Shown here piece after piece: positions 1-9,818 of a DNA stretch of 64,000 nucleotides. The translations under genes and the position numbers were made by a program. Below the pieces are notes generated by a model. That model searched no databases. It was not told the DNA's origin and saw only the letters and a program-made list of their open reading frames with translations. Every line of letters starts with the position of its first letter. The first letter of the stretch is position 1. This DNA comes from Treponemataceae bacterium (GTDB taxonomy: Bacteria; Spirochaetota; Spirochaetia; Treponematales; Rectinemataceae), in NCBI GenBank assembly GCA_963677895.2, contig CAXXGJ010000012.1, positions 67,443-131,442 of the forward strand. Reading direction: 5' to 3'.

Positions 1-929
1 ATCTCGGGAACGTGTTTGCTCACATTGTTCTTGTCGACGATGACGGGAATGACTTCGATGTAGGAATCGATCTTCTTTCCGGAAAGATATTCGGCGGTTT
101 TCTGGACGGCCAGATAACCCATGTCTATGATGGAAGCATAGGCCGTCATATTGACGCTTCCGGCCTTGATCTCGGCCTGGAGCGCCTTAGAATACTCGAG
201 GGCGGTGATGTATTTCCCCTTGAGTCCGGCTTCCCTGATGGCTTTGGCCGCGGCAACCGCGCCGTCCGTCCATTCGGCGGAGACGAGGTCGAAATCCTGT
301 CCTTTCTGGAGAAAGGCTTCCATAGCCGCGAGCGATCCTTCCTTGGTCCAGCCGGGAATCGCCTGGCTGTAGATGATCTTGTACTTGCTGTTCGCGAGTT
401 CGGCCCTGAAACCGTCGTTTCTCATGCGCTGGGCGCTGGTTCCCGGCTCTCCTTCGATGAGGACGATGTTCGCGGCTCTGTCGCCCAGAAGCTGTTTGGC
501 CATCTTGCCCATCATGGTGCCATAGGAGAGGTCGTTGATGCCGATGAAGGTGACGACGCCGGGATACTGCCCGTTCTTGTCGGAGCCGAGCGTGTTGGTG
601 AACGTAATGAGGGGGATCTTGGCTTCGTTGCACATTTTTACCGCCGGAAGCAGGGCGAGAGGATCGCGGGAGCAGAGCATGATGGCGTCTACGCCCTTGG
701 CCACGAAGTTCTCCACCTGGTTAAGTTGTTTTCCCGCGTCCCATTCGGCGTCGGAATAGGTGAGCTGAAGATTGAACTCGGCGGCTGCCTTGTCCATGCC
801 TTTGCGTTCCACGGCGAAGAACTCGACGGATCCGGGAAGACAGACGGCGACCTGCTTCTTCTTGGCTTGGGCGGAAACACCGGTTATCAGCACCAACGCG
901 CACAGAAGAACGCCAACGATTCGTTTCAT
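1..929 (-). CDS. Sugar ABC transporter substrate-binding protein (RbsB-like periplasmic binding protein), 3' end runs off the window
   Basis: Not in the ORF track; translated by hand from ATG at 929 (SD AGGAGG upstream): MKRIVGVLLCALVLITGVSAQAKKKQVAVCLPGSVEFF...DAEWDAGKQLNQVENFVAKGVDAIML, a signal peptide plus type I PBP signature. Confidence 0.85.
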   Translation of the reverse strand, partial: MKRIVGVLLCALVLITGVSAQAKKKQVAVCLPGSVEFFAVERKGMDKAAAEFNLQLTYSDAEWDAGKQLNQVENFVAKGVDAIMLCSRDPLALLPAVKMCNEAKIPLITFTNTLGSDKNGQYPGVVTFIGINDLSYGTMMGKMAKQLLGDRAANIVLIEGEPGTSAQRMRNDGFRAELANSKYKIIYSQAIPGWTKEGSLAAMEAFLQKGQDFDLVSAEWTDGAVAAAKAIREAGLKGKYITALEYSKALQAEIKAGSVNMTAYASIIDMGYLAVQKTAEYLSGKKIDSYIEVIPVIVDKNNVSKHVPE

Positions 930-1128
930 GTAGAAACCTCCTTAAGATAATCTGGAAACTCAAGGTAGTAATAGCATATCCCATGCCAAAAATGCGGTAT
1001 GTACAATAAATCTGGCCATATGCTATTTCCATTCCATGAAATAAATTGTCGATACGGAGTTCTGTAAAAAAGCCTATGCGCGGGATGCTCCGCTAATTTT
1101 TACATTCTTTGTTCATTATTTAGCACAG

Positions 1129-1170
1129 AAAACGTCCTGTCTGTGCCATTACTGGCACAGACGGGATTCT
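1129..1170 (-). terminator. Probable intrinsic terminator after the amino-acid binding protein gene
   Basis: 14-bp stem with one mismatch (1135-1148/1153-1166), GTAA loop on the minus strand, followed by a short T run. Confidence 0.55.
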
Positions 1171-1186
1171 TGGATAGCCGCTGTCT

Positions 1187-1984
1187 TTAAGGCTTGTACT
1201 CGAAGAACCACTTGGTGTTCAGCCTGTCGAGGAAGCCTTCGGTTTTGAGGGCGGCGATGGCCGCGTTGAAAGGGCCGACCAGGTCGGAACCTTTCTTGAA
1301 GATGAAGCCGAACTCTTCGGTGCCGAGGGCGCCGCCGACCGATTTCAGCTTGTTGGGATAGGCGCCGATGTAGCCTTTGCTGGAGGCGGCGTCCATGAGC
1401 ACCATATCGATGTCCCCGGCGATCAGGGCTTGGACCGTGGCGCCGAAGGTTTCGAAAAGCTTGATGCGGGGATTGGCTTCGTCGCCGTCGAGGACGTTGT
1501 AGACGGCCACATAGAAGTTCGTGGTGCCCGCCTGGGCTCCGATGAGGAGCTTGGGATTGGCCGCGAAAGCCTTTTCATCCTGGAAGCGGTTTTCGCTGGC
1601 GCGCACGAGCATGAACTGCTGGCTCACCATGTAGGGGCTGGAGAAGTCGACCTGGCCCTTTCTTTCGTCCGTTATGGTGATGCCGTCCATGCCCACGTCG
1701 AACTGTCCGTCGCGCACGGCCTGGATCATGGTGTCCCAGGAGGTGATCTTCCATTCGATCTTGGCGTTGAGACGCTTGCCGATCTCGTTCACCGCGTCGT
1801 ATTCCCATCCCATGGCTTTGCCGGTTTTGGCGTCGACGAAATTGAGGGGCAGATAGGCGTTTTCGGTCACGGCGATGATTTTTCTTCCCTTGAGGTCGGG
1901 AAGCTTGGCGGTTTGGGCGCCGGCGGCTAAGACCGTTGCGAAGACCATGGCGAATACCATAAGCATGAATGTCATCTTTCGCAC
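1187..1984 (-). CDS. Amino-acid ABC transporter substrate-binding protein (family 3)
   Basis: Signal peptide; motifs ENAYLPLNF, WDTMIQAVRDGQFDVGMDGITITDERKGQVDFSSPY; SD AAGGAGG before GTG. Confidence 0.9.
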   Translation of the reverse strand: MRKMTFMLMVFAMVFATVLAAGAQTAKLPDLKGRKIIAVTENAYLPLNFVDAKTGKAMGWEYDAVNEIGKRLNAKIEWKITSWDTMIQAVRDGQFDVGMDGITITDERKGQVDFSSPYMVSQQFMLVRASENRFQDEKAFAANPKLLIGAQAGTTNFYVAVYNVLDGDEANPRIKLFETFGATVQALIAGDIDMVLMDAASSKGYIGAYPNKLKSVGGALGTEEFGFIFKKGSDLVGPFNAAIAALKTEGFLDRLNTKWFFEYKP

Positions 1985-2129
1985 GAAGAACCTCCTTGTG
2001 TGGTTGAGCGGAACCCTCTGAGCCGCGGGAAAGGCCTCAGGATAGGGCTTTCGATCATTTTTTTATCGATAGGGCATTGTGTCGCCTCACTTCATGTCCT
2101 GTCAAGAATCCGGAACGGCGGAATCCGTA

Positions 2130-2158
2130 TTGACAGGGATGGGACCTGGTGATATCTT
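2130..2158 (+). promoter_or_regulatory. Sigma70 promoter of the arsR/cadA operon
   Basis: TTGACA (2130-2135), 17 bp, TATCTT (2153-2158) with an extended TG. Confidence 0.75.
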
Positions 2159-2163
2159 ACGAT

Positions 2164-2193
2164 TAAACGATTGCTTAATTGAGCAATCGTTTA
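2164..2193. promoter_or_regulatory. Palindromic operator, probably bound by the ArsR/SmtB repressor
   Basis: TAAACGATTGCT-TAATTG-AGCAATCGTTTA, a near-perfect 30-bp palindrome over the predicted transcription start. Confidence 0.75.
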
Positions 2194-2217
2194 TGTGAAT
2201 AGATCTATGGAGTCCGT

Positions 2218-2568
2218 ATGAATGAAGATATTTGCAGTCAGTTCGGCATTTCCTGTCAGGACAAGGCGCCAGGGCTGAGGGATTCCCTCCTCGACGTGGC
2301 GGGGCTTTCCGAGCTTTTCAAGTCCATGGCTGACGAGTCGAGGATAAAGATTCTCTACCTGCTGTCGCAGCAGGAACTTTGCGTCTGCGATCTGGCCTTC
2401 CTTCTAGAGACCAATCTGCCGGCCATTTCCCATCATCTGAGGTTTCTGAGAAGTCTTAACCTCGTGCGTTCGCGCCGGGACGGAAAGCAGGTGTTCTACA
2501 CCCTCTCCGACAGCCATGTTCTGGAGCTGCTGCAGATCGCCAGAAACCACTACATCGAGAAGCTTTAA
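2218..2568 (+). CDS. ArsR/SmtB (CadC-like) metal-responsive repressor
   Basis: FKSMADESRIKIL...ELCVCDLA...AISHHLRFLR...RRDGKQVFY; N-terminal Cys pair; directly upstream of a P1B-ATPase. Confidence 0.92.
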   Translation: MNEDICSQFGISCQDKAPGLRDSLLDVAGLSELFKSMADESRIKILYLLSQQELCVCDLAFLLETNLPAISHHLRFLRSLNLVRSRRDGKQVFYTLSDSHVLELLQIARNHYIEKL

Positions 2569-2579
2569 CGAGGCGGAAA

Positions 2580-4685
2580 ATGACGAAGTACTACATGAAA
2601 GGTCTCGATTGCGCCAACTGCGCGAATAAAATCGAGAATGAGCTGAGGAAGAACAAGGGTTTCGAATTCGCCACCGTCAATTTCGCCACCAAGACCTTGG
2701 CCCTCGACGCCGATTCGGAGGAGCTGGCCAAGAATATAATCGGGAATATCGAGCCATCCGTCGAGCTTCTGCGCGCCGATTCGGGCGCCCCGAAGGAAGA
2801 GGAATCCCTCGGAACCTGGTCCATCGTGCGGATCATCGCGTCGGCCGTCCTTCTTCTAGTGGGCATTCTCTTCGGAAGGCAGCTGCGCGCGACGGCGGGC
2901 GATTTCGCCGAATATATCGTTCTCGTTCCGGCATATATCCTCGTGGGTTATCCGGTGCTGAAAAGCGCCTGGATGGACCTGCTGCGCGGCAGGATTTTCA
3001 ACGAGATGTTTCTCATGGCCATAGCCACCGTGGGAGCCTTCGCCATCGGGCAGCTGCCCGAAGCGGTGGGGGTCATGCTTTTTTATTCCGTCGGCGAGTA
3101 CCTGCAGGAAAGGGCCGTGGCGAGGTCGCGAAGTTCCATTTCGCGCCTCATGAATCTCCGCCCCGAGTTCGCCCGCATCGTCACCGCCGGACAGGGAAGG
3201 ATCGTCGATCCCGAACAGGTGATCGTGGGCGATGTCGTCGAGGTGAGGCCCGGCGAGAGGGTTCCGCTGGACGGAACCATCGTCGAGGGCGAATCCTTCG
3301 TGGACACTTCGTCGCTCACCGGCGAAGCCGTGCCCCGGTCCGTGGGCATCGGGGAAGCGGTCAAGGCGGGGTATGTCAACGATACGGGGCGGATTCTCGT
3401 GGAGGTGACCGCTCCCTTCGGCCAATCCTCGGCGGCGCGCATACTCGATCTCGTGGAAAACGCGGCGACGCACAAGGCGCCGACCGAAAAGTTCATCACG
3501 AAGGTAGCGGCCTACTATACGCCCTTCGTCGTCATTTCGGCCGCCCTCATCGCCTTCATCCCTCCCCTCCTTATCCCCGGCGCCACGCTCTCCGACTGGC
3601 TCTATCGCGCCCTCGTCCTCCTCGTCATTTCCTGCCCCTGCGCCCTCGTCATATCCATTCCCTTGGGCTATTTCGGCGGCGTGGGCAGCGCCTCCCGCCA
3701 TAAGATCCTCGTCAAGGGCGCGAATAGCCTCGACGCTCTCCTCAAGGTGGACACGGTCGTCTTCGACAAGACGGGCACGCTCACGAAGGGCGTCTTCGAG
3801 GTGGTGAAGGTGGACGCGGCCCACGAATTCAGCGCCGAGCAGGTGCTGCGCTACGCGGCGGCGGCCGAGCGTTATTCGCCGCACCCCATAGCCAGGGCGA
3901 TTCGGAAGGCGAGTCTGGACTGCGAAGCCGATGAAGTTGGCGAGGTGAGGGAAGTGAAGGGCCGCGGAGTGTCGGCCATCGTCGCCGGCAGGAGCGTGCT
4001 CGCGGGCAATGAAAGCTTCCTGAAAAACGAGGGCATCGCGATCGAGGCAGGAATGGCAAGGGCGGGAACCTTGGTTCATGTGGCCGTCGACGGAACCTAC
4101 GCCGGCCAGATTCTCGTCGCCGACGTACTCAAGGATGAAGCGGCCTCCATCGTGGGCCAACTCAAATCCCTCGGAGTCCGCCGCGTCGTCATGCTCACCG
4201 GAGACAGGGAATCGGCGGCGGAGGAGACCGCGGCCGCGGTAGGCGTCGACGAATACTTCGCCGGACTTCTGCCTGAAGACAAGGTCGCGCGGCTGGAAGC
4301 CTTGAAGGCATCGGCCCCCGCCGGGAAAAAAGTCGTCTTTGTCGGGGATGGCATGAACGACGCACCTGTCCTCATGAGGGCGGACCTCGGGATAGCGATG
4401 GGCGGCCTCGGCTCCGACGCGGCCATCGAGGCTTCCGATATCGTGATCATGGACGATGAGATCGGGCGGATTCCCCTCGCCATGAGGATCGCCGTCTTCA
4501 CGAGGCGCATTGTCATGCAGAACGTGGTCTTCTCCCTCGGCGTGAAGGCGGCCTTCCTCCTCCTCGGCGCGGCGGGGGAGGCGAACATGTGGGAAGCGGT
4601 GATCGCCGATGTCGGCGTGGCCCTTCTGGCCACCCTCAATTCGATTCGGGCGGCGAAGTTCGATAGTCCCCGATCGCCTCGATGA
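2580..4685 (+). CDS. cadA: Heavy-metal (Cd/Zn/Co) translocating P1B-type ATPase
   Basis: GLDCANC HMA domain, TGE, transmembrane CPC, DKTGTLT phosphorylation site, HP motif, GDGMNDAP. Confidence 0.93.
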   Translation: MTKYYMKGLDCANCANKIENELRKNKGFEFATVNFATKTLALDADSEELAKNIIGNIEPSVELLRADSGAPKEEESLGTWSIVRIIASAVLLLVGILFGRQLRATAGDFAEYIVLVPAYILVGYPVLKSAWMDLLRGRIFNEMFLMAIATVGAFAIGQLPEAVGVMLFYSVGEYLQERAVARSRSSISRLMNLRPEFARIVTAGQGRIVDPEQVIVGDVVEVRPGERVPLDGTIVEGESFVDTSSLTGEAVPRSVGIGEAVKAGYVNDTGRILVEVTAPFGQSSAARILDLVENAATHKAPTEKFITKVAAYYTPFVVISAALIAFIPPLLIPGATLSDWLYRALVLLVISCPCALVISIPLGYFGGVGSASRHKILVKGANSLDALLKVDTVVFDKTGTLTKGVFEVVKVDAAHEFSAEQVLRYAAAAERYSPHPIARAIRKASLDCEADEVGEVREVKGRGVSAIVAGRSVLAGNESFLKNEGIAIEAGMARAGTLVHVAVDGTYAGQILVADVLKDEAASIVGQLKSLGVRRVVMLTGDRESAAEETAAAVGVDEYFAGLLPEDKVARLEALKASAPAGKKVVFVGDGMNDAPVLMRADLGIAMGGLGSDAAIEASDIVIMDDEIGRIPLAMRIAVFTRRIVMQNVVFSLGVKAAFLLLGAAGEANMWEAVIADVGVALLATLNSIRAAKFDSPRSPR

Positions 4686-6480
4686 AGGCGTCGGCGTATT
4701 CCTTAAGCTTGGCCTCGCCGACGCCGTAGATGCCGGCGAAGGCTTCCCTGTCCCGGGGCTTTTTCGACGCCATGTCCTTGAGCGCCTTGTCGCTGAAAAC
4801 GAGGTAGGCGGGCACCGACTTCTCCCGGGCGATTTTCGCCCGGAGCAGCCGCAGCGCGTCGAAAAGTCCCTCGTCGACGTTTTCCCAGTCCTCGGCCCTC
4901 CGGGAACGCCGCTTTTTCTCTATCTCCTTTTTCTTTTCCCTCGTGACCGGTTTCGCGAGGCGGGGCGTCGCCAGCCCTTTGAGAAGCGACATTCCTTCCC
5001 CGGTGATCGCGAGGGTGCCATAGTCGCCCTCCCTTCTCAGGAAGCCCTGGCCCACGAGCTGTTCGATCATGAAGCGTATGAAAACTTTCGTCTCGGATTC
5101 CATCAAGCCGAAGGTGGAGAGTTTTTCGTGCCGCCACTTCAGCACCGCTTCCGTCGCGTTGCCCTTGAGGATGTCGGCGACATGGTCGGCGCCGAAACTC
5201 TGCCGCACCCTCGCTACGCAGGAAAGCACTTTCTGGCCAATAAGCAGGGGTTCTTCCGCCATATCCACTTCGCCGAGGCAGAAATCACAGGCGCCGCAAT
5301 TCTCGGGAGCGTAGGTCTGGCCGAAGTACTGGGCGAGGGATCTGTGCCGGCACTGCGGCCGCGTGCAGAAATCGTAGAGTTCGCCCAACTTCCTCAGCAT
5401 GACCTCGCTCTCGGAAGAATCGGAGAGAAGGCTCTTCCATATCCCGTAGTCGGAGCCCGAGTAGAAGAAGTAGCAGTCGGAAGGAAGGCCGTCCCTGCCG
5501 GCGCGGCCGGTCTCCTGCTGGAAATGCTCGATGGATTTGGGCATGGCGCAGTGGATGACATAGCGTATGTTGGAGCGGTCGACGCCCATGCCGAAGGCTA
5601 TCGTCGCCACGATGATATCGACCTCTTCGCGGAGAAATTCCTCCTGATTCTTTTTCCGCGTCGCGTCGTCGAGGCCAGCGTGATAGGGCAGGTTTTTGCA
5701 TCCAAGAGCGTTGAGCGATTTTGAAATCTCGTCGACGTCCTTTCTTTTGAGACAGTAGATGATGCCCGGCTGTCCTTTGTGCTTTTCGATGACCTCGCTT
5801 ATCTGCTTGATAAGGCTGCTCTGCCTCTGGATCACCCTATAGGTGAGATTGGGCCGATCGATGTCGCCGACGACGATGCGCGGCGCGCGAAGGCCTAATT
5901 CCTTTACGATGTCGTCCCGCACGGTTTCGGTGGCTGTGGCCGTGAAGGCGTGTATGGGTATGTTTTCGAATTCCTTTTTGAGAAGGCCGAGCTGCCTGTA
6001 TTCCTGTCTGAAGTCGTGACCCCAGTGGCTTATGCAGTGCGCCTCGTCCACCACGAAATAGGCGATCCTGGCGGATTTGAGCGCACAGAGCATATGCTCC
6101 ATCAAAAGACGTTCCGGCGAAAGGTAGAGAAGCTTGAGGGCGCCGGCGGCGAGGCGCTCCATGATCGACCGCTGCTCCCGCGACGGAAGGCTTGAATTGA
6201 GACACTCCGCCGCGATCCCCAGGTCCTTGAGATCGTCCACCTGGTCTTTCATGAGCGAGATGAGGGGCGAGATCACGATGGCTATCCCGTCGGAGAGCAG
6301 GGCGGGTAGCTGGAAACAGAGCGACTTGCCCCCGCCTGTGGGCAGGATCGTGAGCGTGTCGGCGCCTTCCAGTATCGAGAGAATATTCTCTTCCTGATAC
6401 GGCCTGAACTCCGTGTAGCCCCAGTATTTCTTGAGCGTCCGTAAAATCTCGGTCTTATTTATGTTCTCGGAAACCGGCAA
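4636..6480 (-). CDS. recQ: ATP-dependent DNA helicase RecQ
   Basis: PTGGGKSLCFQLP, VDEAHCISHWGHDFR, ATIAFGMGVD, QETGRAGRDG, Zn-binding CR...C..CD.C, RQC and HRDC domains. Confidence 0.95.
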   Translation of the reverse strand: MPVSENINKTEILRTLKKYWGYTEFRPYQEENILSILEGADTLTILPTGGGKSLCFQLPALLSDGIAIVISPLISLMKDQVDDLKDLGIAAECLNSSLPSREQRSIMERLAAGALKLLYLSPERLLMEHMLCALKSARIAYFVVDEAHCISHWGHDFRQEYRQLGLLKKEFENIPIHAFTATATETVRDDIVKELGLRAPRIVVGDIDRPNLTYRVIQRQSSLIKQISEVIEKHKGQPGIIYCLKRKDVDEISKSLNALGCKNLPYHAGLDDATRKKNQEEFLREEVDIIVATIAFGMGVDRSNIRYVIHCAMPKSIEHFQQETGRAGRDGLPSDCYFFYSGSDYGIWKSLLSDSSESEVMLRKLGELYDFCTRPQCRHRSLAQYFGQTYAPENCGACDFCLGEVDMAEEPLLIGQKVLSCVARVRQSFGADHVADILKGNATEAVLKWRHEKLSTFGLMESETKVFIRFMIEQLVGQGFLRREGDYGTLAITGEGMSLLKGLATPRLAKPVTREKKKEIEKKRRSRRAEDWENVDEGLFDALRLLRAKIAREKSVPAYLVFSDKALKDMASKKPRDREAFAGIYGVGEAKLKEYADAFIEAIGDYRTSPPESN

Positions 6481-6486
6481 TCCTTG

Positions 6487-7779
6487 TTACTCCATGGCTC
6501 GCGTCGCGAGCTTCTCCCTGAGATCCTCGATATCCTTGGGTATGAAACGCCCGGCGAATATGAAGAAGGCGAAGCATATCACCCATGACACCGTGCAGAT
6601 AAGGAGTATGGCGTTGCCGAGGCTGCTCTTGTCCGCGATGATGCCCGCCATGAGGGGGGCCATGGCCGAACCTCCGAACTCCACGAAATTCTGCGCCGCG
6701 TTAGTCGTAGCCCTGATCTCCGGCTCCGTGACATCGTAGAAGGAGGAAAGGACGTTGGGCGATGCCCATGGCATGAAGAAAGCCGTGGCGGCGAGGAGGA
6801 TGCCGAAGGCGAGTTTGTCGGCCACGGGCGTCTTCATCGCCAGCCACAGGAGCACGCAGCCGATGGCCACCCCCGCTGCGCCCACGATGACACGGCCTTT
6901 CAGCGTCTTCTTGAAAAGCTGGTCGCCCAGCATTCCCCCGATAGGATAGCCGGCGGCCATGATGAGAACGGCGGGCACCATGGTGAGCAGGGTCTGTGTC
7001 TCGTTGTAGCCTCGTTCGGCGCCGAGATAGTCGAATATCCAGTAGGTGATGACGTTCCAGGGAAAAACGCCGATAAAGCCCTGGAGGAAGAGTATGACGA
7101 GGCTCTTCTTCCTGAAGAGTCCGCCCACCGTCTTCCAGCTGAACTTGAAGCGCTCAAGGTGTTCGGCCCCGGCGAGTTCGGGCTCGGCGGCGCCGCGTGG
7201 TCTGTCCTTGACGAAGAGGAATATTATGACGGAAAGGATGATGCCGAGGCCGCCGGTGAGGAAGAACACGTTCCTCCAGCCGAAGGCGGCGCCGAAGGCG
7301 AGGGCGAGGATCATTCCGAGCAAGTAGCCCAGGGGCTGGGCCACCTGGAGAAAACCGTAGATCCTGCCGCGTTTCTTGGGCGGATAGTAATCGGAGATGA
7401 GACTGTAGAGGCCGGGATAGCTTGAATCGTCGATGCCCGTGCCCGCCCTCGTAATGAGAAAGAGGGGATAGGTGGGCACGACGGCATTGAGCCAGGTGGT
7501 CGCTCCCCAGAGGAGGGAGGCGAGGGCGAGGAGCTTCGGCCTGGAAAACCGGTCGTAGAGCCAGCCCCAGAGCGGATAGCAGATGGCCCCGACGATGAGA
7601 GCTCCGGTGCTGACCGCCCCCATCTGGGTGCGGGTGATCCGGAAGGTTTCCATGATCTGCGTCGTCAAGGGACCGATGAGCAGCTTGTCGGCCTGGTGGA
7701 GCAGCATGAATCCGAACATGATCCAGAACGCCGATTTCGCCCCGCTCGCGGTTTTCCGCTTTTCGATTGTTCCGCTCAT
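6487..7779 (-). CDS. MFS transporter (resembles spinster-like family)
   Basis: About 12 hydrophobic segments; motif A-like GWLYDRFSR; LISDYYPPKKRG. Confidence 0.85.
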   Translation of the reverse strand: MSGTIEKRKTASGAKSAFWIMFGFMLLHQADKLLIGPLTTQIMETFRITRTQMGAVSTGALIVGAICYPLWGWLYDRFSRPKLLALASLLWGATTWLNAVVPTYPLFLITRAGTGIDDSSYPGLYSLISDYYPPKKRGRIYGFLQVAQPLGYLLGMILALAFGAAFGWRNVFFLTGGLGIILSVIIFLFVKDRPRGAAEPELAGAEHLERFKFSWKTVGGLFRKKSLVILFLQGFIGVFPWNVITYWIFDYLGAERGYNETQTLLTMVPAVLIMAAGYPIGGMLGDQLFKKTLKGRVIVGAAGVAIGCVLLWLAMKTPVADKLAFGILLAATAFFMPWASPNVLSSFYDVTEPEIRATTNAAQNFVEFGGSAMAPLMAGIIADKSSLGNAILLICTVSWVICFAFFIFAGRFIPKDIEDLREKLATRAME

Positions 7780-7791
7780 CGCGCTTTCTCC

Positions 7792-9657
7792 TTATAGCCT
7801 TTTCAGCGTTATTTCACATTCGACGACCCCGGGTTCCGGCATGATATCCAGCCAGGAGGGACCGCCCGAATCCTGCGGCAGCCGCCTGGCGACGACGCAG
7901 CCCGACGATTCCAGGGAAAAACCCGCGGGATACTGAACATCAGGCACGAAAATCTCGGTGGGCGCAAGGATCGCCTGGTCCGGTTCGTAGCGCAGATGGA
8001 AGGTTCCGGAGCGCATCTCGAAGGACATCTCCGCGATTCTACCCGCGGTCGCGTAGGCGTAGGGTCTGACGAAACCGCGAAGTCCCCTGCCGCCCGAATC
8101 CTCGGCGCAGAATACCGACAGATCCTCGCCGTTCCAGCCGTCGCCCCATTCGTGCGTGTTGTTGGCCGTGTAGTTCCAGAGCGTCGCGTTGAGAAGATTG
8201 GCGTCGAGGGCGTCGTAATAGGCCGAGAGGGCCTTTTCCTGAAGACGGAAATCGCCCGTGCGGTAAGCCTTCCGCCCGTTCATATCGAAGGGAAGACCGA
8301 ATTCCCCGACAAGGCTCGGCGCCCCTCCCATCCGCTCGCGGGAATGCGCCGCTATCCTGGCGAGGGCTTGCCTGAAATAATCGCGCACGGCTCTTGGCCC
8401 TATGACAGCCCTGGCCTGTTCGGCATCGAAGGCGAGGAAGCCGGTCCACAGCTTGAAGGTCAGGGTGAAGGCGTCATACCAGTGCGTCGAGTTGACGATA
8501 TCCTTGGGATCGGCTTCGCTCCAGGAGGGCGCGGCTTCATGGGCGTCTCCCTCGACGAAGATGGCGAAACGGGAGCAGGCTCGCGAAGCGCCGCGGATTT
8601 CGGCCGCTAACTTGGCCACGAATGGCTTGAGGTAGCGCTCGTTGAAGCTTCCTTTTGTCGCCGTGAAGCGCGCGGGATCCTTGAGGACCGGAGTTCCTCC
8701 CTCGATGTCCCAGAGGCCGGTCCGCCGCCACAGGCAGATTTCGTTTTTCTTCCAGGCGCGCAGGCCGGGGCTGCCCAGTTGTTCCCGCCCGATGACCTTC
8801 AGCCCGAGCCCCCGTACGCCGATCCGGTCCACGTCGACGGGAAGGCCTTCGCCCGCGAGCATGGTTTCCCAGGGCGTCGGGGAGAGGCCGGGCATCATGA
8901 AGCCCGGTCGCCTGACGCGCGCGTCGTCGATGCCGATGAATCCGGCGCCCGGTTCGTTCAGGCTGTCGATGCCGACCACATTGGGATATTTCGCGAGCCT
9001 GAGCGCGATCTCGCGCATGGCGCCGATATAGTGTTCCTGGAGGAATCGCTGGGCGGGCCTTCCTTCGATCTCGATGCCCGGGGCGAAATCGTCGCCGCCG
9101 AAAAAGAGGGTGAACATCGTGGCGCATGCCAGGCGCAGATGGTTGGAGTACCACTGCATGCGAGGGTAATCCTTCCCCATTTCCTGGTGGAGGAGGGCGG
9201 CTCCCGAAACCTGGAAATTGCGTGTCTCGAAGCCGCAGGCTTCGAGAGTCCAAAGAGGCGCCCCGTCGCCTCCCGACCACCTGCTCCAGACATCCTGATG
9301 GGGGTCGATGAAGAGGGAGACGTCATGCCTGGCGGCGCTTTCGACGATCGTTTCCAGGTAATCGAGATAGGCGGTATCGTAGATTCCGGGTCCGGCGTGC
9401 TCCACCGCCTCCCAGGTCACCAGAAAACGTTCGAAACGCTGTCCCCAGGCCGCGAGGCGGGCAAAGTGCTCGTCGCTCTCGGCGGCGGGGAAAGGCCTGC
9501 CGACGAAGGAAACCGCCGCGCCGTCGTAGAAACCTTCGATGAGGTGGGTCCTCCCGTCGGGCGAAAATGGCAGCTTGCTGCTGCCCCCGAGGTTGACGCC
9601 GCGCAGTATCAGGCCGCGTCCCGAATCGTCGACGAAACGGTTTCCGCTGATTTTCAT
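7792..9657 (-). CDS. Glycoside hydrolase family 5, endoglycoceramidase/steryl-glucosidase-like, with C-terminal beta-sandwich
   Basis: LRGVNLGGSSK, WEAVEH.GPG.YD, D.HQDVWSR..GGDGAP, NEP acid/base, GEFG nucleophile; start moved to MKISGNRF (SD GGGAG). Confidence 0.85.
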   Translation of the reverse strand: MKISGNRFVDDSGRGLILRGVNLGGSSKLPFSPDGRTHLIEGFYDGAAVSFVGRPFPAAESDEHFARLAAWGQRFERFLVTWEAVEHAGPGIYDTAYLDYLETIVESAARHDVSLFIDPHQDVWSRWSGGDGAPLWTLEACGFETRNFQVSGAALLHQEMGKDYPRMQWYSNHLRLACATMFTLFFGGDDFAPGIEIEGRPAQRFLQEHYIGAMREIALRLAKYPNVVGIDSLNEPGAGFIGIDDARVRRPGFMMPGLSPTPWETMLAGEGLPVDVDRIGVRGLGLKVIGREQLGSPGLRAWKKNEICLWRRTGLWDIEGGTPVLKDPARFTATKGSFNERYLKPFVAKLAAEIRGASRACSRFAIFVEGDAHEAAPSWSEADPKDIVNSTHWYDAFTLTFKLWTGFLAFDAEQARAVIGPRAVRDYFRQALARIAAHSRERMGGAPSLVGEFGLPFDMNGRKAYRTGDFRLQEKALSAYYDALDANLLNATLWNYTANNTHEWGDGWNGEDLSVFCAEDSGGRGLRGFVRPYAYATAGRIAEMSFEMRSGTFHLRYEPDQAILAPTEIFVPDVQYPAGFSLESSGCVVARRLPQDSGGPSWLDIMPEPGVVECEITLKRL

Positions 9658-9818
9658 GATCGCTCCCGCCCTATTGTTGCGCGTTCTTGTCCGTTTTGCA
9701 ATTGAAAATCTCCCGACTCGAGCCGTCGCGTGAACGATGTCCATCGGTAAAATCGCTTTGATTCGGGGCGGAATAATCGTATTTTATGATATCGGCCATG
9801 GCCGGCCTAAGGACGCAT

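Noticed and set aside
12..950. 312-aa + strand ORF and similar long antisense ORFs (e.g. 9807-11462, 2856-4160, 25838-26956)
   Set aside because: Shadow frames of real opposite-strand genes in GC-rich DNA; no motifs or start signals.
1985..2100. Amino-acid riboswitch or T-box ahead of the binding-protein gene
   Set aside because: Only a weak hairpin and a short GCCCTATC repeat; no recognisable aptamer or T-box consensus.
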